From a virus: DNA of 64,000 nt. A model generated the notes under the pieces. That model saw only the letters and a program-made list of their open reading frames with translations. It was not told where the DNA came from and did no database searches. This document shows positions 38,316-49,700 of the stretch, piece after piece. The translations under genes were made by a program, and so were the position numbers. Each line of letters starts with the position of its first letter. Within the stretch, counting starts at the first letter, position 1. Location: positions 7,678 through 71,677 of the IMG/VR virus record IMGVR_UViG_3300005736_000002; one strand, given 5' to 3'.

Positions 38316-38792
38316 ATGAACGGTAATTATTCTGGAATTCCTTCTCCAGTTAATCTGGATCTGAATTCAATGAGTTCTTGGGGTACAACCCCAATTCAAG
38401 GTACACCAGTCGTTCCTTTACCTGGTCTAGGCGGTTCAGGTAATGAAGGTATTGATTGGGGTGGTACAAGTAAATTACTCGATAATGCTAAAGGCTTTGA
38501 TTTGGGAGCCCTGGGAGAGTCTCTCGGGGGCGCTGCGGACTGGTTAGGTTCTGACACTGGTCAGGGCGTAATGGGCGCTCTGCAGGGTTTGGCGAACTCC
38601 TGGATGGCTTTTCAGAAGCTGGATCTCGCTCGGGATCAATTTGATTTCAATAAGAGCGCGTGGCAGCAGCAGTATGATAACCAGGCTTCACTGACGAATA
38701 CCCGATTGGAAGATCGTCAACGTGCACGTTTGGGGGCTAATCCCGACGGGTATGAATCTGTGGGCAGCTACATGAAGAAGCACGGGGTATAA
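38316..38792 (+). CDS. N4 gp52-like ejection protein
   Basis: Gly-rich; TNTRLEDRQRAR; YMKKHGV. Confidence 0.8.
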   Translation: MNGNYSGIPSPVNLDLNSMSSWGTTPIQGTPVVPLPGLGGSGNEGIDWGGTSKLLDNAKGFDLGALGESLGGAADWLGSDTGQGVMGALQGLANSWMAFQKLDLARDQFDFNKSAWQQQYDNQASLTNTRLEDRQRARLGANPDGYESVGSYMKKHGV

Positions 38793-38795
38793 ACC

Positions 38796-40175
38796 ATGGC
38801 CTCTCCAATTACTTGGCGGAATATCAACGCACCTAATTTCGGAAGCTCGAACCAGTTATTGAATTCGGCTACTGATGACCTCGATGGTGCATTCGACAGT
38901 CTTCGTAGTAGCTTCAAGAATCGGGCAGACAATCAGCAGAAATCTGAATCAGACGCGCTGTTAGCCCGTATTGCGGGTGCTCAGACGATGGATGAGTACA
39001 ACGCACTGAGAACGGAGATCACTCCTGAATCCCTGGCAGGGAACAAAAATGCTCTGCAGGTACTGAATGCGTTGAATGGGCGGGATGATTCTATCCGCCA
39101 AGACATCACAGATCAGCAGACCTTTCAGGACGGTCAGCAGCTCCGTGGTGAGCGTGACATCACAGGCTTCATTAAACAATTGGTGGGTAAGCGTGACTTC
39201 ACCAATGCTCAGTCTCTGATTAACGATGTAGCCGGCTTAAGTACGAACAGCCGTGCAACGCTTCAGGATACCCTGAATAAAGCGATTGAGGCTCGGGATG
39301 ATGATAACTGGGAAACTGAAACCCGCAATAACAAACGCTCGGATCGTAACTACCTATTGAACCAGCGTATGCAGCAACAGCAGTTGTCTGCTGCAGTGAC
39401 GGGTGTGGTGAATCAGGGTCTTGCCCCTGAAGAATCCCGACAGGCTCTGACAGCCGCTATTGCGGATCTACCGGCGGATCTACAGACTCAGGCATACACT
39501 AAGCTTGAACAGGCTTGGGGCCAGCGTTACGGTATCGAAAGTAAAGAAGACCAGGATCGTTTGGATTTCTTGAACACGGGTATCAAAGATGTTCACTTTG
39601 GTCAGGATAACCAAGGTAACGACATCACCTTTAAGCAGGCAGATGATCTACTCACTAAGGCAGAAACCAGCCTGCAACAGGAATACGGACGACTGCCGAA
39701 TCACTACAAGCCCGATAATATTGAACCCGGTAAAACATTGGGTCAACTTACTCGAGATCAAATCGATGCACTGGATTTAAAAGACAGTAATGACTGGCTT
39801 GACAGTGATACTGGTTTGGATGATGCACCTAAGTTGGTACGAGACGTGGCTGAACGCCTTTTGAACAGGTTTGGTGTACAAAGAGTAGACCAGTTACCGG
39901 CACAATTGGTGGCTGATGTATTCTCTGTCGAAGGTCTGGAAAATTTGTCAGACGGTAAAGGGCAGGTGAACCGGGACACACTCCTGGATGAGAAACTGGA
40001 TGCACTGGTTCTCGACTATAATGCAGGCAGTAAACGAGCCATTGAGCTGTTTGAGGCGTTGCAAGATGTGAGTGTGAGACGTGCTGCTTACGATAAACAG
40101 TTACAGAGCGAGAAAGATAATAATATCGCATTCTTGCAACGACAGAACTTAATCAAGTATCGTAATAAGAAATAA
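38796..40175 (+). CDS. N4 gp51-like ejection protein
   Basis: PITWRNI N-terminus; no Cys seen; precedes vRNAP. Confidence 0.78.
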   Translation: MASPITWRNINAPNFGSSNQLLNSATDDLDGAFDSLRSSFKNRADNQQKSESDALLARIAGAQTMDEYNALRTEITPESLAGNKNALQVLNALNGRDDSIRQDITDQQTFQDGQQLRGERDITGFIKQLVGKRDFTNAQSLINDVAGLSTNSRATLQDTLNKAIEARDDDNWETETRNNKRSDRNYLLNQRMQQQQLSAAVTGVVNQGLAPEESRQALTAAIADLPADLQTQAYTKLEQAWGQRYGIESKEDQDRLDFLNTGIKDVHFGQDNQGNDITFKQADDLLTKAETSLQQEYGRLPNHYKPDNIEPGKTLGQLTRDQIDALDLKDSNDWLDSDTGLDDAPKLVRDVAERLLNRFGVQRVDQLPAQLVADVFSVEGLENLSDGKGQVNRDTLLDEKLDALVLDYNAGSKRAIELFEALQDVSVRRAAYDKQLQSEKDNNIAFLQRQNLIKYRNKK

Positions 40176-40179
40176 AACT

Positions 40180-40202
40180 ACCACCCTCCGGGGTGGTTTT
40201 TC
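40180..40202 (+). terminator. intrinsic terminator
   Basis: ACCACCC-TCCG-GGGTGGT followed by TTTT. Confidence 0.75.
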
Positions 40203-40517
40203 ATGGAGATGAACATGTCAGTATCGAAGATGGTCTTTCATTCTACAGTAGTAGGTTTGTGTCTTGTTTGTTTAGCCTCATTATCCAGAGGTGAGTTGCC
40301 GGACTTTGATGATGCTTTCTTAATGTTTTTAGTTTTTAGTTCTCCCTATCTTTCTTTTTGTATTATCAAATCTTATATCTGGCCTTTAACTAAATCCTTA
40401 GTAACTAATCAGATGACTTTCAGAAAGTTAAAGCAACTTAAAGAATTAAAAGATATGGGAGTTATTTCTGAGTCGGAATATGATCAGAAAATACTTACAT
40501 TAAAACAAAAGATATAA
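40203..40517 (+). CDS. membrane protein with C-terminal SHOCT domain
   Basis: Two TM segments; LKQLKELKDMGVISESEYDQK. Confidence 0.78.
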   Translation: MEMNMSVSKMVFHSTVVGLCLVCLASLSRGELPDFDDAFLMFLVFSSPYLSFCIIKSYIWPLTKSLVTNQMTFRKLKQLKELKDMGVISESEYDQKILTLKQKI

Positions 40518-40642
40518 TGAAATATGTTTTATGGTTATTGAAGGATCTATTAGAAACTTTAATTTATTTATGTCATGAATTAGTTTTGTCTTTTCTGGGT
40601 TTATTTAAATCTCCAAAAGAAGATAATCAAGATAAAAATTAA
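40517..40642 (+). CDS. 41-aa AT-rich ORF (not in ORF track)
   Basis: TAATG overlap; MKYVLWLLKDLLETLIYLCHELVLSFLGLF... Confidence 0.4.
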   Translation: MKYVLWLLKDLLETLIYLCHELVLSFLGLFKSPKEDNQDKN

Positions 40643-40716
40643 ATAGTAAAAGATTGTTTTTTATTTAAGCATTAAACTAAGCCTCGAGATTATTTAATTA
40701 AATCCGGGGCTTTTTA

Positions 40717-43700
40717 ATGTACGATCAAAATAATCCCTCGCCAAAAGAAAATGCTTTAAAAAAGGCGATTGACCGAAATACTCAGCATATTAACCAAGTC
40801 ACAAATCCTACAGGTTTTTTTGACTCTGAATTAAAACGTATCCAGGGATCTAATCGCATCGCTGAGGAAAGTTACCAGCGAAATTCTCAAGCCTGGGTCA
40901 ACGATACTGAACTGGGTACGATCCCCGGTAACCTCAAACAGGTCGCCGCAGTTGCTGTTCAGGGTGGTTTGAGAATTGGTAATAAACTGTATGCAGGGGT
41001 CGATGACCTACAGGCTGATATTAACCTGGCTCATACCAGTGAAGAAGCTCGTGGAATTTATCAACGTATAAAAGGGCGTGAACAGCTTACCAGTGCTATA
41101 GGTGAGTTACGCTACATGGAGCGTAACGGGCACATCACACGAGATCAGGCGAATCAGCGACTGCTGCAGCTCCAGTCTGAGCTGGCTACCCTCAAAGAAG
41201 TTAGTCCAGAGGAGGAGGCACTTTTAGATCAAGTAGCCACTCCAGAGAATATCTATGACCAAAGCACCCAACGTGATCACCTAGACCGCTTTTATAAGAA
41301 TTTAGATGAAGCGTCGTATTCCCGTCAGGTATTTGAAGAGAGTACTACAGGAAATATTGCTAACCCCATCCGTAAGAGCAAACCGATCACTGAGTTGAGC
41401 GAGTTAAATGAGCAGAATGCCCCTGAGTGGGCTGCTGCAATTGACGAGCTGTTTGATGGAGATACGGGGCAGGGTATTTTGGATCTAGCCAAGGCTGCCG
41501 GCAAATCAGGTAAGAACATTGCACAGGCCGCTATCAATAATCCACTCGGCACACTGGATCTGCTCCTTGAAGACCTTGGCCCGACTGCGGCGGCTACTCT
41601 CCTGGGCGGCAAAAAGATCGGTACCCTTGTTAACTTACTAGGATCTAGTGGCGATGCTCTGAGAGCCCACAACGAAGGTCTGAGGAAGTTTATCGAAGAA
41701 AATAACCGATTACCCACAGAGACTGAACACCTCTCTATGGTGGCCTCTGCAGTGGCCTATGCGGGTGCAGACTTTGTGGCGGATAAGATTGCCGTTGATA
41801 AGTTGATTCCAAAGAAAACTTTAGATGCGGCTAAAGCTGCTGTTGATAAAGCAGGTAGCACCAACAAACTCACTCAAGCAGCGAAACGTGTCGGAGGTGC
41901 GGGTAAAGATGTTGCGGCTGCGACAGCGGCTGAATTTGTGGCGGGCGGTGCTCAGGGTTTACTTGAGGAGACGACCCTCAAAGGCAACTACGACCCGTCA
42001 AAAATTGATTCAAAAGCTGTACTGGATAATGCCACAACAGAAGCTTTGGCAGGTTTTGGTGCAGGTGTCACTGGTACTCCTCTTAGATTATCTGGTAAGA
42101 TCCCCGCCCGAAAAAATGGTGAAAATGTACCAAATAACAAAGAAAACGTTGTAGGGGGTGAAAGTGATTCAACAACGGAGCCTGATGATACTAATACCAA
42201 TGAAGTTAGTGCAGATGCTACTAACTCCGGATCCCAAACTACAAACGATGATTTACGTGACAAAAACAAAGCTCAACAAGTACAAGAGCGAAAACAGCAA
42301 GAGATTGCTGAACAATTCAAAGAGTTAGACCGGTATGATGATCAACTAGATCAACTCGAGTCGCAGGGTAAAACCGACACACGTCGTTTCAAAAAACTCT
42401 CTGAAAAGCGTGATGTAATTGAGTCACAGATCCTGAGAAATCAGGAGACTGTCAGAGCAGCTTTAGCACGTATCCATTCACCGAAGGATACAAAAGAACT
42501 CGTGCAAAGCATAAACGATGCACAGGAAGTTAGTTCTGAAGTCGAAGAAAAAACGAACCAGGTAGTTCAGCAAGCTCGTACTGCTCCTGACTCGTTATCA
42601 GTGGAAGATGCCCAGTCTCTCGCCAAAAGTAAGGTGATGACTGATACACAAAAAGAGGAACTGCAGTCGTTCGCTATCGCAAAACAAGCGGTAGAGGCGG
42701 CAACTTCAACTGACCCTGAAGATAAGTTAACAACCGAGAAGGTTCAAAAAGAAGTTCTATTTGGAGGTAAACGCACTCAGCGTAGAGGTCTTAAACAATT
42801 CCGTGAGGAATTTATCCATGCTGTACGAGTAGGTGATGCAGATCAAGCCGTATTGGTTCGATCTTCTCTGGCTCGTTTCGTTACGACGCACGGTGATAAG
42901 GCCAGTGAACTTTCAGACGCTTTACAACCTTACTTGGCAAGCCCAAATCGTGAAGGCTATACCTCCACCCGGTTCAAGCTGAGTCGTCCTCGTCCGGACG
43001 GTTCCACTGATTTCCGTATTGATCGTGGTTCAAAAGCCACGGTAGATGCGATTCAGCTAGAGGCTCGTGCACTTGAAGCGGGTCTTGCGGAAATTGACGC
43101 GATCGCAAAAGCAGAAGGCATTCAACTACTGGGTGATCCAATCCCAGTACGCCCGCCTGTGCGCTCAGTTGCGGTAAACCCCTCTGCAGCTAAACCTCAG
43201 CCTACCCAGGAAGTAACGCCTGACGTAGAGCCTGAGATCGACCTACAGCAGGAACTTGCTAATCTGGATGCTGCTCAGGAGTTTTTAGCGGCGGAACCTC
43301 CCGTCTCTGAGAGAAGTTCTGAAACGAGTGAAGTGACGAGGGAAGTTCCGCAGGAACTTCAGGAGGAGCCTGAACGAGTTGAGGAAGTTATCGAAGCTGC
43401 CGGAGAGGTGGAGCAAGCGTCAGAACCGACAGAGCGCCAAAACATCCGTGAGAATATCCGAAAGTTAGAGGATCGAGTCCAGCAGCGTAAACGACTAATA
43501 CGCAGTAAAGCTTCGTTGACCCAGGCGGCTAAAGACTACGATACGACTGTTGAGAGGGTACGTGATGCGATGAACGCTTCTCTCCTTGATGATCAGTCCC
43601 GGTTAGAGGCCTACAGGAATCAACTGGATACGCTGGATGGTAAGCGTGAGGGTTACTCACTGTCTGAACAACTTACGACGGAAACTGCTGCGGATGTAGC

Positions 43701-46700
43701 ATTGGAAAAGCGTGTTCAGGATAGTCGTACAGCGCCTGAAGCAAAGGCTAAAAAAATCCACCGGACAGTAAACCTTGTGAAGAAGTACTTTACTGCAGGG
43801 CGTAAATCAATTTTGAACCAGGTTCAAAACGTAGAGGAAGCCTTGAAAGCAGATCCTGAGATCGTACTTGGGTATGTGGATCAGGATGTTCTGTCTGAAA
43901 AAGAGAAGGGAATTATTGGTAACTTTGTACAATTCTCAGAGTACATGGCTCCCGTTCTGGCTCGACTACACAAGAAAGAAATTAAATATCGTTTCAACGA
44001 CTACATCAATTATTTGATAGACGATGAAACAGGTGATCTTGATCCTAACGTAATTACCGCGATCAACGCATCAATTTACAGTTGGGTAATCAAGGATGCT
44101 AAGGGTACTTATCTCAATACTCCGGAGGCTATTAACAGCTTACTAGGTAGGGATAGCAAAACCAAAGTCAATCGAGATGAATGGAACCTTCTTGGTGATG
44201 CCGGTATGTCTGAGAACCAGTTAGTCAGGACTCTGGGCCGAGATGCTGTTGGTATGCTAGGTCTTCGATTACCCCCGGATGTGCCTACAAATCTAAAGGA
44301 GCGTTTAGAACTCAGTCTAGGTAATCATGCCCTCGCTATGTTAGTGGCCCAGGATATAGTGACTCTAAAGCAAGTACCTGTAAGAGAGCTTTCTGCACTT
44401 TCTGGTAAGGACGTAGCAGATGAGGTAGATGATATTGAGGCTAAGCTAAATGAGTCTCCAGACTGGGAAGGGGCTGAAGAAGCGGCAATGGAAGAAAAGA
44501 AGGTTGTGTACGCAAACTTCTACCGTGCTTCTTTTAAAACAGGGCCGGACGGGGAACCGATCCTAGCTCAAGGTCTTGAATCGATCGTGAGTAGGAACCG
44601 AGATTCCGGTAGTTTTTTCCACCGTCTCGTAGCCAATAACTTTGCGTCTCAGCGTCCTTCTCTGCGTCCGGTAGAAGAGGTAGGGGAGTTGATGCAAGGA
44701 ACTGATCAAAAGGTACCTGCAGAGGTTCGGGAGATCTTGAAGGAGCACCAGTCACGAGCTCACAGTATCTCTCCAGACACGGATAAAGTATTTAGCTTTT
44801 TGACCTACGATCAGATGCAAGAAGCGGTCGGTGTCGATCCAAACTATGAAGAGACTCGTCATGTCGAGAACTATGAAGAAGTAATCGGTAAGAACGCGAC
44901 ACTGAAACGTGAAATTGACAACTACAAAAGTTGGAAAGATGAATTAATTGCACGGACAGGTGACCCTGTTCACCCATTCTTCATGGCGCATAGTGCATGG
45001 AAGAACCTCCGTATCGGTATGAATGGTTCAGTCATCAACCCCCAGGCCAGTAAAGTACAGCGCGGCCTGATCCGGATGAATGACTGGATTCAGCAAATCG
45101 ACAAGTCTAATCCAAGACATGTCGAACAGTTTCGCCTGGGTGTTGCTGAAGCCCTGGATTTAAAAGTTGATAAACAGGAGATCCACACATCCATTGAGAA
45201 GCTTGAGGCAGCGTTAGCCGATCCTAAGACAGGGTTGAGAGCTGCGGTCGATGCCATCAAAGCCATCTTGGGTGATCAACTTGGTGAGCTTTCTGAGGAA
45301 CAGATTGCGAACTACCAGCAGGCAATCACCCAGGCCTCTAAAAACTACGAAGGGACGCACACCCTTCATGGCCTTACGAACCTGGCGAAATTTGAACTGG
45401 CCCCGGAAGACGGTACCTTTGAAAGTGATCTGGCTCGAGAGATCGACGGAGTAACCAATGGCCCGATCATCGGTACCGTACAGTTCGCTGCTCAACGTAC
45501 CTTTGGTCGTCTACGTTCTATGTTAGAACGTGGAGGTATTTTCTTTGGAAAAGAGCGGAGTTTGGGTAAGTGGTTCGGGGGGCAAAACGTAGACAGTTAC
45601 GTTGCCTTGTCTCAGGATTGGAAAGAAGCCGTAAATCGTCTGAAGCAAAATACACACAACCCAAGAGATATTGCCCGTATTGATTTAATCAGTAGTTACT
45701 TTGAGCCGGATCGTGGTAACAGCAAAGATCCTCTCATGACTACGGTGTACGGTTCAGGTAAACGCGCACAGAAAGCTAAGTTGACTCAAATGTTCATGGC
45801 ATCTGTCTATACGAAAATAGAAGATGTCGTAAATAGCGATAAGAGCGTGTCAGATAAGCAAGATGAATTGAACCAAATTGAAAATGACATCAATACGATT
45901 GCCGGTGCTCAGGTGTTCAATTTCTCTGGTACCGTGGAGAGTACGTTAAAGGCAGTGGCTGACCCGAAGGCGTTGAAGCAGTTGGATGCTTTCGTGGGAC
46001 GTACTTATGGTGATGCTGTCATGGATGCGATCAAGGCTAAGTATGAGGGATTCCAGCATAATCGTACTGTCTTCAACAACGCGATGGAGTCAATCACTGC
46101 GATATACAAAGTTATGTATACACGCGCGGTGGAGAAACGCACTCAAGAGATGATTGCATCTGGCGATTTAGTAGAGGGTTTTGAGACACTCCCTAAAACC
46201 GAAATCAAAAAGATAAAAGAGTTGTTACATAAGGTAATGCCCATCATAAGTACCACATTTGATGCGGACGATCCTTCTACCGGTATCTTTGTTTCTAATG
46301 AAGAACGGATGACGGCTTATGAAGCCCACAGTACGGTCCGTTCCACGTTCGCTAGAGGTGCGAGGCTGGTTTACAAAGATGCTAAAGGTAAGGCCATACA
46401 TTCTGCTGGTTCCTTGGAATCTCATGGTACACGCTCAGTCATTAGTAGTCCCGGAGTAGCGCCTGCCATAGTCGGTATCCATTCCATCGATGCGTCCATT
46501 GCCTTAATGACGATGAGAACTAAGAAAGTTCTGAACGTTCATGACGGTTTCGGTGCAGGTATTCTGTCTACTCTAGGGGTCGGTAAAGCTCTGAATCAGA
46601 ACTTCACAAAGATGATGACGGACTACAGTCTTCCAGCAGAAGCTAAGAAGACAATGGAACGGGTCATGAGTGAACTGGATGCGCTACCCGAAGAAGAGAA

Positions 46701-49700
46701 GAACAGTATCTTGTCTGAGGCTGAAGATCAGATAGTTGATTGGATGCCAGAGTACTTACGGGATGATTACAAAGATTTGCCCACTGGTTCGATTATCATT
46801 CCTCGTGCGAATGCTATCTATAAAAGTGGGCAGGATATACCGAACTACATCCGTAAGGTGTTTTCTAAAGTAACTCATGTTCTCCAGTACAACGTGGAAG
46901 AAGGCGGATATACCACAGGGAACCAGGGGGTTGATACACCGCAGGAAGAGATCCAGCCGGCTCAATCTCAGAGTCGTCCGAATCCGATCGAAAACTTCAT
47001 CCGGAACAGTGATGACCTGACTCCCCGTAAATTGTTGGATTACCTTGAGACGAACATGAACGCAGAGGGTACTTACCCGAAAGCGATGAAGGCTCTGATC
47101 AAGCGTCTGAAGACAGCGGTACCGAAGGATGTGCAGCTTAAACTGTACGATAACAACTCGACGGATGTTGTGATTGATCCAACCCTACCACCAGAAGAAC
47201 AAGTGAACCTACTCGAGACAGGAGTCCGCGGACTCTTTGATCCGAACAGCAACACAATCTATCTGCGGAGTACGGATTTTAAAAATCACGGAATGGGTAT
47301 CGAAACGGTTACCCACGAGATGTTCCATGCAGTTGTGTCTAAAACCCTGCAGTCTAAGAACAAGCCTACTCACGTTAAACAAGCGGTACGTGATCTGAAT
47401 AACCTGATGGACAAAACGCAGCAGTACATTGCAGCGAACCCAGGTGAGTTTAGTAATCCGGCTCCGTTTGAAACGATCGATGAGTTCGTAACCTGGGGTA
47501 TGACAAATAAAGACTTCCAGGAACTCCTGAAGAAAGTTCAGGTAGAGCGTCGTACAGGTCAACGTGTACTCAACGGCTTTAAAACTCTGGTGAATAACCT
47601 ACAGAAAATTCTGTTTGGAAAATCGGCACTGGGTTCCTCGGCAACGATGAACACAGCGTTGTATCAGTTGGTTGAGAATGCTGGAGTGATCCTTTCTGAA
47701 GGTGCTCCTACAGACACCGACCAGGTGTACTCTGTATCTCCGCAGAGAGCTGATGATGTTGACCGTATGACTTCAGCGCAGATTCTGTCTGCACTGGGTC
47801 AGATTGATGAGCGTAACCCTCGCTCAGAGCTTCACAAAGACCATTTAACAGATCTTCAACAACGTGTAGTGGATTCGGTGGCAGGGCCATTTAACACCCG
47901 CCTGGACGAAGCACAGAAGGCTGTCGGTGACGACACGGATCAATTCATCCGAAACATCGCAGAAGAGACAACCCCATTCACATCCGAGCTGGTGATGGCG
48001 TTTGAGATGTCTCACCAGGAAGCGTATGTGGCTGAACAGATTGAGGCCGTATTCGGTAACAGTCTGGATGATCAGAGTGATGTTACAAATGAACTGGATC
48101 GATTGTGGCAAGTGGCCCGTAAGAACCTAAGACCTGCAGATTTTTATGGCATGGCTCAGGACTCGGAACAGGCTCAGTGGCAGTACGATCTTTTATTCAA
48201 CACCGAGATCGAAGACACCAACAGCTACTATTCCGAAGAAGCCGGTAAAGTCGTACAACGTAAGACTTCCGCTTACCTACAGCGATTTGCAGCCCTGGCT
48301 CTGACAAACGAAGCGTTCCGTAACAAACTGAATGCTCTGGATGCCAATGTGCCGGTGGAAACCTTCGGCGGTAAAACTTTTGGACAGCAGTTGAATCTGT
48401 TACTGGATCGTATCCTGCAGTTGTTGTCTCGATGGACACATCCGGCAGAACGTTTGAAAGGAGACTCTGTAACAGCGCGTACCGATAATCTGTTGAATCA
48501 CCTGGCTCAGATTGAGTTAAGACAGAAACAGCGTGTACTGAGGGCTCAGGAGCTGAGAGAGCATCCTGTGAACCAGAAGCTGAATGAAACGCTGAATGGG
48601 TTCAAGAGTAAGCTGGATAAGCTGGGCCGATCTGAACGACTACAGAACTCACGTATTCAGACTGTGGGTGCTGTCGGTACTGTGATCTCGACGATTGCCG
48701 GGGGTCGTGTTGAAGTCATGGCAGATACCTTGAAAAAAGTACGTGACCGAATGTACGGCGATCGTCTGGGGCATCTGGGTGAACTGACAAATGAAGTACG
48801 TGGTGCGACTCCGGTTACTCGTAAGTTCTTTAACTTACTGCGCTTTGCTAAGCGTGACATCGACCAGCAACGTGCACAGGTTACAGATTGGGTGAAGGAT
48901 CTGGTGAAAGGTAACTTTATCCAGGAGCTGACTAAAGAAGAGTCCGAGTCCCTAACCAAAACGGTACTGCGTACTGATATGGCTGCACTGCTGGGTAAAT
49001 ACACGGTGAACGATCTGATTAACTTTATGCAGGACGGTTCTAAACATCTGGATACTGAGATCCGGGATCTGCGTAGACAACTGAGCCAGTACCAACACCA
49101 ACACTGGTACCGTAATCAGTCCCGTGCACTGGGTTACCACATGGTAAAAGGTCGCTCGACTTCAGCGATGTTGATGCTGAACGCACACAACATTGCTCAC
49201 ATGGGAGGCACTAATGCTTCAGTGAATACAAAAGAAGCCGATGCAGCGATGGGGCTTATTGATCGACTGGCTTCCCTGGAAGCGATTAAGTATACCGACC
49301 AGAAAGCGAAGAACACGGCAATTGAGGTGTTCCGTCGAGAGATCTCTACGAATGACACAGAGAACGGTGTAACAAATCTGATGCAGCAGGCGAAGCTTCT
49401 CAAAGAGCAGGCGCTCAGTGATGTCTTTGCAGGTGATCTGGTTCAATTCCAGAAGGGTTATACCTTTGATATGACCGATCCACACCAGTCCGTTGTGATG
49501 ATGACGGAAGCTCAGGCGAATGCTGAGAAGCTAATGGAGAAAGGGTATACCCGGTATCCGAACGGAGTGGGTAAAGACCCGGGTGATCCAGACCAGGATA
49601 CCGTTTACATCTACCATCGTCGTGATGGCGGCAACAATGCGTACCTGACCGGGGTGATCTCCTATACCTCAAAAGCAATGAAGGGTACGTCCTTGTCCAG

